From contig NC_135898.1 in NCBI RefSeq assembly GCF_964194155.1, forward strand, positions 87,668,001 through 87,732,000: 64,000 nt of DNA. Reading direction: 5' to 3'. The notes under the pieces are model-generated. The model made no database searches and was not told the origin of the DNA. It saw nothing but the letters and a program-made list of their open reading frames with translations. Shown here one piece after another: positions 38,455 to 49,200 of this stretch. The first letter of the stretch is position 1. The number at the start of each line of letters is the position of its first letter. This stretch comes from Cetorhinus maximus (taxonomy: Eukaryota). The translations under genes were made by a program, and so were the position numbers.

Positions 38455-39630
38455 GCACATAATCTGGACTAACCCTGTAGCACAGCACTGAGGGAGTGCT
38501 GCACTGCCGCTTCTCCCGGCGAGGCGTTAAACCGGGGCCCAATCTGCCCACACAAGTGGAGGCGGTACTATTTCAAAGATGCCTAGGGAGGTTCTCCACT
38601 CCGCTCCCCCCAGCTCCCTTCAGCAACCCCCCCAGCCCCCTCCCCAGCCCCCTCCAGCAACCCCCCCAGCCCCCTCCCCTCTCCCCCCCAAACCGCCTCC
38701 CCAGACCTCTCCCTCAGCCCCCTCCCCTTCCCCCCAAGCCCCCTCCCCCAGCCCTCTCCCCCAGCCCCCTTCCCCAGCCCCCTCCCCTTCCCCCACAAGC
38801 CCCCTCCCCCAGCCGTCTCCCCCAGCCCCCTCCCCCTCCCCCCCCAGCCCCCTCCCCCAGCCCCCTCCCCTTCCCCCCCAGCCCCCTACCCCAGCCCCCT
38901 CCCCTTCCCCCCAAACCCCCTCCCCCAGCCCTCTCCCCCAGCTCCCTCCCCTTCCCCCCAGCTCCCTCCCCTTCCCCCCAGCCCCCTCCCCAACCCCTTT
39001 CCTCAGCCCCTTTCCCCAGCCCCCTCCCTCCCCCCCCAGCCCCCTCCCCTCCCCCCAGCCCCTTTCCCCAGCCCCCTCCCCTTCCCCCCCAAGCCCCCTC
39101 CCCCGGCCCCCTCCCCCAAGCCCCCTCCCCCAAGCCCCCTCCCCCAGCCCCCTCCCCCAGCCCCCTCCCCCGGCCCCCTCCCCCAAGCCCCCTCCCCCAA
39201 GCCCCCTCCCCCGGCCCCCTCCCCCAAGCCCCCTCCCCCAAGCCCCCTCCCCCGGCCCCCTCCCCCAAGCCCCCTCCCCCAAGCCCCCTCCCCCGGCCCC
39301 CTCCCCCAAACCCCCTCCCCCAAGCCCCCTCCCCCAGCCCCCTCCCCCGGCCCCCTCCCCCAAGCCCCCTCCCCCGGCCCCCTCCCCCAAACCCCCTCCC
39401 CCAAGCCCCCTCCCCCAAGCCCCCTCCCCAAACCCCCTCCCCCAGCACCATCACCATCCCAGCATCACTCAGACAGGTGACCTGGTCATTATCACGCTGC
39501 TGTTTGTGGGATCTTGCTGTGCAGTAGGCTGGCCGGAGTGCTTCCCGCGTTACAAACGGGCGGCTGGGCTTCAGGAAGCGCTTCGGGGCGGCCCCTGTGA
39601 GAGGCGCAAAATAAATCCCAGGCTTTCGTT
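38455..39630 (+). mobile_element. DeuSINE copy split by a C-rich minisatellite
   Basis: 5' half CTGAGGGAGTGCTGCACTG...GTTAAACCGGGGCCC...GGGAGGTTCTCC (to ~38597). 3' half resumes CATCACTCAGACAGGTGACCTGGTCATTATCACGCTGCTGTTTGTGGGATCTTGCTGTGC (from ~39455). Confidence 0.75.
38598..39445. repeat. C-rich minisatellite, 13-14 bp units CCCCCTCCCCC(AAG/AG/GG/AAA)
   Basis: About 850 bp of tandem C5-T-C5 units, more regular toward the 3' end. Confidence 0.95.
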
Positions 39631-40529
39631 TAAACCGCCGCCCCATTACAGAAAAATACCTGTTTATCCGGCCGCCCAACCAACCGCGAAGCTGGAGCGG
39701 GGTTGGAGAGGCGGGTTTTATCGCTGCTGTTGGGCTCTGAGACTTTTGGCGATTCTCGTGTCGGCTGGACACCGGGCAGGAATATGTATATATATGTATA
39801 TATATATATGTTGGAATCCTCTGATGGCGGATTCACTGTAACTGGTTCAGGTCAAGCAGAGAACAGTGTAGAAGCGAACGCTGTGTAATATCACTCGGGA
39901 GCGGATTGGAGCCTGGATTAATTCGAGCTGAGCCGAGTTTGCAGTGCTGATGTCCACCACTGGCTGTGTGGAATGTTTGAACCAACAATATATTTTTTTT
40001 CCCCTTCAAATTAGTCCTGGCTGAACGAAATGAAGACTAGGCGCCAGATATTGGCAGGATGTGTGAAGAAATGTCCAGTAAGAGTGTTTTAAGAGACTTT
40101 GAATTAGGAAATTATACTTTTAAGAGACTGTTATTGTGTTTTACGAAAGATCGTTTTACGAAGTTAAGCGCCCACAGTTGCGGAACGGTAGGAGGTTATT
40201 AACGTCTGAAAGAACATTTTTGACAAATTGAGGAAAGGACTAGTGTTTACATAGCACGCTGCATAACCAATTAATTACTCTCCTGAAGAGCAGTTGAGAT
40301 GCAGGAAAACGTGTTGCCAATGCACAGGGAAGCAGATCCCATAAATCCCAAAATTGTAACGTTGCAGAAGTAGGGCCATTCGGCCCATCGTGTCTGCTCC
40401 GGCTCTTCGAATGAGCAACTCACCCTGCTTCTCCCCGTAACCCTGTGCATCAGTCTCTCCAGGGATACATGAACACACAACTTCCCGATTCACCACATCA
40501 ATGCAAATTACCTTCATGCTCTGGGGATT

Positions 40530-40885
40530 TTTTTTTAATTCATTCATGGGGATGAGGGGGCGTCGCTGGCTGGGGCCAGCATTTATTACCCATCCCTAAT
40601 TGCCCCTTGTTTAGAGGGCATTTTAAAAGTCAACCACATTATTGTGGGTCTGGGGTCACATGTAGGCCAGACCAGGTAAGGACGGCAGATTTCCTTCCCT
40701 AAAAGGGGCATGAGCGAACCAGATGGGTTTTTACAACAGTTGACAAAGGTTTCATAGTCATCATTAGACTTTTAATTCCAGATTTTTATTGGACCATATA
40801 CTGTGGCAGGATTCGAACCCAGAGCATTACCTGCGCCTTTGGATGACTAGTCCAGCGACAATACCACTAGGACATCACCTCCCCA
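40530..40885 (-). mobile_element. tRNA-derived SINE, second family (tail shared with the LINE at 28780-29545)
   Basis: Reverse complement has a tRNA-like head GGGGAGGTGATG...GGGTTCGAATCC, core CCCATCTGGTTC...TTTAGGGAAGGAAATCTGCCGTCCTTACC and tail CAATTAGGGATGGG...GAATGAATTAAAA. Confidence 0.8.
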
Positions 40886-40889
40886 TAAA

Positions 40890-41225
40890 CATGGGGCTCA
40901 AATCCCACCATGGCGGCTGGCGGCATTTAAATTCAATTAATAACTCTGGAATATAAAGCTAGCCTCAGTAACGGCGACCATGGCAACCACCATCAACTGT
41001 TGTAAAAACCCATCTGGTTCGCTCATGCCCCTTTAGGGAAGGAAATCTGCCGTCCTTACCCGGTCTGGGCCTACATGTGACTCCAGACCCACAGCAATTG
41101 TGGTCGACTCTTAACTGCCCCTCTAGCGAGCCATTCAGTTCAAGGGCAATTAGGGATGGGCAACAAATGCTGGCCTTGCCAGTGACGCCCACATCCCAGG
41201 AAAAATAAAATAAAATAAAGGAAAA
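40890..41225 (+). mobile_element. tRNA-derived SINE, second family, head-to-head with the previous copy
   Basis: Same core, and tail CAAGGGCAATTAGGGATGGGCAACAAATGCTGGCC...CACATCCC followed by an A-rich end. Confidence 0.8.
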
Positions 41226-41519
41226 AAATCGTGCACCTTCTTCCTTTGAGACAACAGACTAATTCCTTTTAGAATGTTTCGATTGAATCTGCCTCCACCA
41301 CACTCTCAGGCTGTGCTGACCAGACTAGCAGTTTGGGGTGAAATAGAAACAGAGCTGACAGATCACTGACCTGAAGCATGAACTTTACTTCTCTCGCCAC
41401 AGACACTGCCAAGCCTGGTCAGTATTTTTTTTAAAGATATAAACATTATCTGCTTGTATTTCAGATTTCCAGCGTCCGTTGTGTTTTGCCTTTGGAATTA
41501 CCGCTTTTGGTGGGCGTTT

Positions 41520-41750
41520 GCTATAGAGGCATAAATGTTGGTCGGGCTACCGTCTGGTGAAGTCGCTATGGGACCTTTTCAGGGCCACCTGAGCGGACAG
41601 CGTCCCCAAGTTTATTCTCCGCTCTGAAAGACAGCGGCTCCCGCAGTGCAGCACACACAGGACAAACTCTGTTATGGTCCCAAGCCCCTGGAGTGGGAGT
41701 CGAACCCACAATTTGTTGACTCAGAGGTGAGATTGCTTACGCTGAAGCCT
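41520..41750 (-). mobile_element. partial DeuSINE copy (head and 5' Deu domain)
   Basis: CCACCTGAG...GAAAGACAGCGGCTCCCGCAGTGCAGCAC...CTGGAGTGGGAGTCGAACCCACAA...GACTCAGAGG. Confidence 0.6.
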
Positions 41751-41893
41751 TATGCAAAGACAAAATATTTGAAGGTGCATTCGTGGTATGTAGGTTTTAA
41801 CTTGGAATCCTCTATTAAGATCGAGTATTTTAATACAAAACACACGCAGCAAACATGTTGGATTTCTCGTTTAGCCTCATACATTAGGAAAGC

Positions 41894-41909
41894 GCGCCAT
41901 CTCGTGGCC
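41894..41909 (-). promoter_or_regulatory. CTCF-like binding motif
   Basis: Reverse complement GGCCACGAGATGGCGC fits the CTCF core CCASYAGRKGGCRS with one mismatch, and lies in non-repeat sequence between the two genes. Confidence 0.55.
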
Positions 41910-42529
41910 TTACGAAGAACGGTAGTTGAATGGAGCTGCAGTATGAATTGTCTGCATTTTCAAAAATAGGTTTATTAACCCGTTTCCAGATTTTTTTTAA
42001 TACCCTTTAGGCCCAAATAAAACAATCGCAACTTAGAATTTGCATCTTTGCATGACCGGCGGTCTCTTATTTTTTTTAATGGATTTGAATGTTTGAAAGT
42101 GTTGGAGCTGCTGTTTGGCTTAAAACTCCTGACGTTGAATTTGTTGATGAGCGTGTTTAATGCGAGTTATTCCTCACCGCCTTACATGCGAGTTCACCCT
42201 CCTTGCCTCTTTGATGTGCGTGTTAACCGAACGTCAAGCCTTCTTTTAAGATATTGTTGGCCAGAGAGTTCATAGAAAGCTTACAAGATGACGAATTTAC
42301 AACTAAGCCCTTGACATCAGTGAAGTTACTTGTTGGGGAGGCTCATCACATAGAATTACCTTTATAAAATGTGGATTAGGTTTTGACAGCAGCTGGATTA
42401 ACTGTACTTACAGTTGCCCAAACCTTCAGCCCGGGCTTGTATAGATTCGAGAGTATAATTAGTGTCGCGGAACCAAACAACAGCTAAAAATAAATCCTGT
42501 GAGGTGACGCTTGAGGCAAACCCGTATTA

Positions 42530-42637
42530 CACACGACTCTGAAGACCAGTCATACGGACCTGAAAGGTTAACTCTGTTGCTCCCTCCACAGATGCTGCCA
42601 GACCCGCTGAGATTTCCCAGCATTTTCTGTTTTTATT
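42530..42637 (+). mobile_element. solo Penelope pseudo-LTR fragment with a degenerate hammerhead motif
   Basis: CTGAAGA-CCAGTCATACGGACCT-GAAA-GGTTAACT, then CAGATGCTGCCAGACCCGCTGAGATTTCCCAGC. Possible 8-bp TSD CCGTATTA at 42522-42529 and 42638-42645. Confidence 0.7.
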
Positions 42638-43152
42638 CCGTATTATGTACAGTTAAGCATAAGAAGCGTGGGGGCGGCGCATCGTCGTAAATATTTTATT
42701 TGTTCTTATACATTCAACGTGAAATCAAAGCTTTAAAAATTCAGAATTTGAAGAGAGCTTAGACACAGAGATATGGGAACTTGGATTTAGGGAGTAATAA
42801 AGGGGGAGAGAGCTACAGAGGCGGACAGGCGTGTCAAGAGTGCAGAGAGAAATGGAAAAAGAGACAAGGACGATTCACGAAAACGATGCAAATAGCTAGG
42901 CAAAGGGTCAGATATTAATGTCAAGAGGCGTTGGTGGAGAGACCGACTGGGGGGCAGAGATTGATAAATAAGGGGGGAGAAGGGGCATTTGGGAAAGAGA
43001 GGCGGGCAGAGAAGGAAAGAGAGCGAGAGACGAGCGGAGACAAAAACAGGCAGGCAGAGAGAGACACACACACAGAGGGACAGACAAGTCGAGAGTGAGA
43101 GAAGAGGGGGGGACAGCGATGAGATGGAAAGGGAGGTGCAGAGGCTTGTGAA

Positions 43153-43294
43153 ACTCTTTCGGGTTATCAACAGTCACAGATTGCAACTCTTTCGAGTACA
43201 ATCACAGTTCTTGGTTTCCGGGAGTGGGACATGAACCCACAACCCTCTGATTCAAAGGCGAGGGTGCTATGGACTGAGCCACAGCTGACACCTC
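43153..43294 (-). mobile_element. young short tRNA-derived SINE, copy 2
   Basis: Reverse complement is nearly identical to 25087-25232. Exact 14-bp TSD CAGAGGCTTGTGAA at 43139-43152 and 43295-43308. Confidence 0.85.
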
Positions 43295-46200
43295 CAGAGG
43301 CTTGTGAACACAGACGAGAGAGAGAGAGAGAGAGAAGTTAATGAGAAGACTGAAGGAGATTTCTGACGGTTCCTTACCCGTCACTGCGCCTCTCCAGGCC
43401 TGGGTGGGTTGAGGTCAAAACAGTGTTTTCATGTCAGCAGCTGTGAGCAATGGGGATTATGTAATCGCGGGGCCGCCGCGTTGCTCAGGAACTCCAGCAG
43501 CGGCAAACGCCCGCGGTGTAACCAAAGCTCAGCCGGCTCCCCTCTCTCTCACTGGGAAACAGGGATGTGCTTAGAGCCGCTATAGCCCCCGCACTCTGGC
43601 CGGAAGCAGGGCGTGAACTAGCCGCTTTACCGCCCGCGTGAGTGACCTGAAAGCGGTCGGAAGGGGTGGGAGACGGTGCCGAGCAAACGCACGGAGAAGG
43701 TGGACAGGCTCCAATGCCTGTCGGACTGTGGGAGACGAGGGACGGGTTCGCTCGATCCACAATTAGGCAGATTCATGTCTCTGTCATTCTTTTTGCTGTT
43801 TCTGAGAACCGTTTAGACAATATGTTTTACATCTTGGTTTTTTTTGTGTGTGTGGGTGGGTGGGTGTATGTGAGATCAATTTTATTACCATGGCAACTGA
43901 CATTTTCCATCCTCTCCTCCAAGACTGGAAAATTCCCATCTTGCATTCTCGCCGACACCGACCCGCTTCCCATCCCAATAACTGTTTGCATTCAGACTGT
44001 GCAACATAATTACTGATTACACTTTAATCCATCCCGGCAACAATGAAGTGATTTTGATAATTCACAGTCAGGGAAATGAAAGCTACAATTTAATGGTGTG
44101 GTTTTTATTTAGTGCAGCTGTGTTGGTGCAGCAGTGGATAACCCGGGGTGGGGGGGTTAGAGGAGGGAGGGGAGGGTGGGGGGAGGATGTACAGTGTATC
44201 TTCTTTAGTAGGTCACTGGGGGAGAGGGAGCAACTGTATTCTTAAATGTAAATCAGAATATAAGTTTTGCCATGAGCTGCGTTTACACGGTGAATATGAG
44301 AGGTTGGCACTGGGTAAAATACAATACCCTAACACTCACTCTCAATACACACACGGCACATACACACATGCACATACATACAAACACATACATACACCTA
44401 CATTACCACATATACATACAGATCCTATCAGATACTAATACACATAAATCCACCTAACACTTACAGATGTAGGATATGTCCTCCTCTTGCACTCGCCACC
44501 ACCGCCCCCCAAACACCTACCCCCCCCACAACTCTCCCCCCACCCCCACCACCACCAACCCCCACCGCCCCCCCCCCACCCTCTCCCCCAAACCCCCCCC
44601 TTCCACACCCGCTCTTGAATCGATTCAGTTGCTGGTCTAGTTAATCTTCGTTTATACTCTTAGCTGGGCTGGTGCTGATGAACTTTTCAAAGGAGATATA
44701 GCGCGTGTGCCTGTGTATGAGTGTGTTTCTGTGTGAGTGTGGATATATGTGTGTATTTTTGAGTATGTGTGTGTGTGAGAGAGAGAGAGGGGGGGAGGGA
44801 CAGAGAGAGAGAGAGAGAGGCACAAGACAGGGAGAGCCTTGGTACCTCAAAGGAGTCATTCATTGAATTGTTGAAGCATTTGAGTCCTGGTGATAGCTCT
44901 TAAATGTCGTTTCTTCTTCACTGGGCCAGGTGAAGAGAGATTTGGGTGTCGTATAACTTAGATGTAGGGAAAGGGTAAGGTTGGGGCAGGGAGTCTTTTT
45001 AATTGTTCCTCAAGTCTTATCAATAGGCATCTGTTCATATCTGAAACATGTTGTCACAAATGTGTTTAGGTTTGTATAGCCTATATATATATATATATAT
45101 ACAGATGCAACGCTGTTCCTTGGGCCAGTGTGTTGAAATGTTCTGGTTGCATGTTAATTATCAGCATTGTATTTCTGTTGCTCTGGCCTATTTCAATTTC
45201 TATTCTTATTGCGGCAGCTGCGTGAATAGGAGAAGCTCAAAGTATAATACCAAGGTTGAAAAATGTAGAATGAAGGAGAAATTAAGAAGCAATGGCCGAG
45301 TGAACACCGTGAATGATATTGGTCTTTGTCCGCTCTCTGGGGCTATCATTTCTCCCGGGTGTTTGTTGGCGACTGAAGTTGACTCGGCTTTGCAAAGAAA
45401 TTCTGAACAAAACTACAGACAGCGGGGTCGGGCGGTGAGGATGCCTTAGCACACACCCATACATGTGGTATGTGGAAGTATTTATATTTCAACTTTCCAT
45501 AACTACCGGTATTTTAAAAGATATGGATATACACTGAACCCGAATGTAGGTGAATTAGTTTTTAGGGAAGCACTTTATTTTATTTTGTGTCAGCTGGTTT
45601 TCAGTTGTAATCCAGCATAAATCTATGTTTTCGCTCTTGATTATAGAATATTGTTGTCCCTACATTTGGAACTGACGCCATGAACCTAGTTTGATTAAAT
45701 CACTGACAATGCGCCTCCCTTTAATATTTTCATCTTATTTCTGTGATCCGATTACCTTTTACAATGCACTTTCAAAGCTGTGCATTACCAACATAAACGA
45801 TTAACATTGTATATATATATGTATATTTAAAACAGCGCATTGTGCCTTGCCATCTCGATGCAGGGTCACTGTGTGATTTTCATTGTGCGAAGGATGTTGT
45901 AAATGACTTAAATAAGCATACATAATCGTAGAATCGCACAGGACAGAGGGAGGCCATTCAGCCCATCGTGTCTGTTTGATACAGCAAGCCTATTAGCTCC
46001 ATTTCCCTGCTCTTTGCCCACAGCCCCGGAAACGAGTGCTTTCTAAGGGTTCCTCCAATTCCCTTTTGAAAGTTAAGGTTGAATCGAGATCCTCCACTCA
46101 CTCAGAGACTGCACCCCAGATAACAGCGATCCACTGGGTAAAATAAAGTCCCCATCTCCTCCTCTCATTTTTTTTTGCTCAATTATCCTAAACCTGTGGT

Positions 46201-49200
46201 CTGGCTACCGACCAACCAGCTAGGGGGAATCAGCTCCTTGTTAATTACTTCATAGAAACCCCTTTATAGTTCAGCACCCCTCAAAATCAGACTGCTTCAC
46301 TCCTTAACCCTTTCATCAAAATGGTTTATGGGCCTGTCTCAGAATTGACGAAAACCTTTTCTTTAATGAGAACAGTTTCGCTATGAACTGTTGTATTATT
46401 TAATTAAAGTTGTTGTTTGTTTTTCTCTCTTTCTCTCTTCATCGGCGCCCAAGGCAATGTCCAACGGCCCCTAAAACCGGCCTGCACCGATCCCTGGTTG
46501 ATATCGGATACAGGGGCAAAGACTTGGGATTGCCCAATGGTTGCTGGAAAGACAATGAGTAGTGGTGATGCCTTGAAGCAGTCGGAGTGCGCTTGTTCAC
46601 ATTGCCTGAAGTTAAGTACCCCTTAAAGTAGGTGCCGTCAGATGCGGGAGGTGGTGGCATAGTGCTATTGTTATTGGGCTAGTATTCCAGAGACCCAGGG
46701 TAATGGGGAATCTCCTGGGTTTGAATCCCACCGCAGTGGCTGGTGAAATGTGATAGTGATGTGAGCTGCTATAGTACACTGGAGGAAATCTGCTGCCCTT
46801 ACCTGGTCTGGCCTACATGTGACTCTTAAATGCCCTCTGAACAGGGCAAAGCAACCACATTCCACGAACGAATAAAAAGAAGGAACATTATATTTGGTAG
46901 ATATTCCACCATAGTATTACATTAACCCTCACATTTAATAATATAGGAACATGGGGAATAGCAGCAGGAATATTCGAGTCTACACCGCCATTCATGGCTG
47001 ATCTTTTACCTCAGAACTTTTTCCCCCTTATCCCTTGATATCTTTAATGTCTAGAAATCTACCGACCTCTGTTTTGAACATACTCAATGGCTGAGACTCT
47101 GGGTAATTTGCTATATCGGCCGTTCCTTCACTGTCGCTGGGTCAAAATCCTGGAACTCTCCCTCCCTAACAGCACTGTGGGTGTACCTACACCACATGGA
47201 CTGCAGCGGTTCAAGAAGGCGGCTCACCACCACCTTCTCAAGGGCAACTAGGGATGGGCAATAAATACTGGCCCAGCCAGTGACCCCCACATCCCGTGAA
47301 TGAATAAAAATAAACATAGAGTATAATATTTTTTTATTAGTAGCCTTCCATTTCCGATCCCTTCCCACTCCTGTTTTGAAAGGGTCGGACTCGCTGGCGT
47401 TGACATCGTGCTGGGCCTGGCTATTCAATTTGTCCACATCTCTTGTTTTGCGGCGAAAAGCAGGTAAACGGTTGTGTTGGGCGGTTTTTAGTTCAACTTT
47501 AGCTGATACCAATCTGCAGCTTCCATTACAAACACTCACCAGCTCTTGGCTAAAGTGGTCCGCGGGCATCGCCGCCCTGTCGCCGCCTCTATTTACTTTG
47601 ATTCATTGCAGGTCCTCCTAGCCGTGCACTTATCCTGAGCATACAGGTATGTTTCACCGGTAGAGAAGCAGCCAGGAAAGCGGGTCCGTCCGCTGGGCAG
47701 ACACCATTTAAAACCCCTCCTTTTGTCCGCTCCTAATTATCTGTCCATTAGGCTTGGCTGGCACACAATCACAGCAATAGACCTGTCTTATCTCTGAAGG
47801 ATTATCGGTACAAGTGTTCCCTGTAAACAAGCCGTGTCTAAACACATTAACAGGAACCATGACAGTAATATATGGCGGCCTTTTAAAATGGGCCGCAAGA
47901 CCAGATTTAACTCACACCGGTCCTGGTATCATGTTCATTTTCAATGTGTTTGGGAGTTGCTGAATAACCCCTGTCTGTCTGAAGAGGTAAAAATGCTCTA
48001 GTCGTTGTCTGCAGCGCCCAGACATTAATACAGATTTAAGGTAAATCTTAAAAGACAAATCGTCGGAGCTTGTTTCCCCCCCCCCACCCCGAATTCCAGT
48101 GGGGATGGTGTGGTGTGGGCTCGGTTAACATTTCGTTAGGGACAATGAACCTCTCAGCCCCATTGCGTTCACTCCACGGCTTTGTACAGCGACTGGAGAA
48201 TGTGATGTTGACCCTGCTCCCGGCCACAGAAAATAAAACGAGGCCAAAATTCGTGTCGTGTTTATATATCAGGGATAAAATAAAACCAACAAGTTGAACA
48301 GGCTTTTAGAGAGAAAGAAAAAGGAAGCGGCAGCCAAAAGATTTTCACTTCCAGTAGTGGCAGATTACAGAACAGGGGACCAATGAATAAACCCATTTTG
48401 CTTCAAAGATCAGAGGAAACTAGGGGCAAGAAGTTTGCTGGGGGGGGCTGGGTGAGGGGGTGGGGGGGGCGATAACTTTTATTTTGCAACCTCTGGAACA
48501 CATTACAACTCATAAAACTCTGGACCACAGATTAAAATATGCAGAAAGGCACTGGCGGTTTCTGATCTTGGTTTCCCATCAGTAACTATAACAGTTTATT
48601 TTATAACCTAGGTTACAGCGAAATCGAGTTGTGTTGTTTGAGCATTAACCGCTGGAGTTTTCTGGAACTGTTCCCTAAGCAAACATCCGAAACATAACCC
48701 GTTGTATTGATCAGAGATGTTGAAAGCCAATCGTAAACTCTCGCACATAACCAGAGGTGGACACCACTGATTGTTACCGATTGTGGGATTAAAAAATACT
48801 TCCGGCCTCAATTCAACTGACTCCCCTATTCCCCCCAACTGAGAAACGCAATGTGTTAGAGACCAATGTGTTTAAACTCAAACCTTGCTCCAAAATTAAT
48901 ACTAGTTACTGCGTCTAAGCGGAGTTACTGTGCAGGCGTGGCGAGAGAGAGAGAGTGTGTGTGTTGTCTCAGCGAGTGTGTTGAGACACTTATTTCGGTC
49001 TGTATTTGCATATGTATCCATTGTATTTCTGGGTGCATGAATGATGTTATGTGTGGATTTCTGTTTGCCTGCGATTGAACATACATTTGATTTATGCGCG
49101 TATGCGAGTGCCTGTGCTTATAATCATCATGTGGACACGATTGTGTGCACCTTAAGATACCCATCCTCATACGAGTGCGTGTCAGAAATAGAGATAATTG

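Noticed and set aside
38496-39841. Long Pro-rich and Gly-rich ORFs (343, 420, 352, 256 aa) resembling extensin/formin
   Set aside because: They are translations of a C-rich minisatellite that lacks stops in most frames and sits inside a SINE; there is no coherent gene structure.
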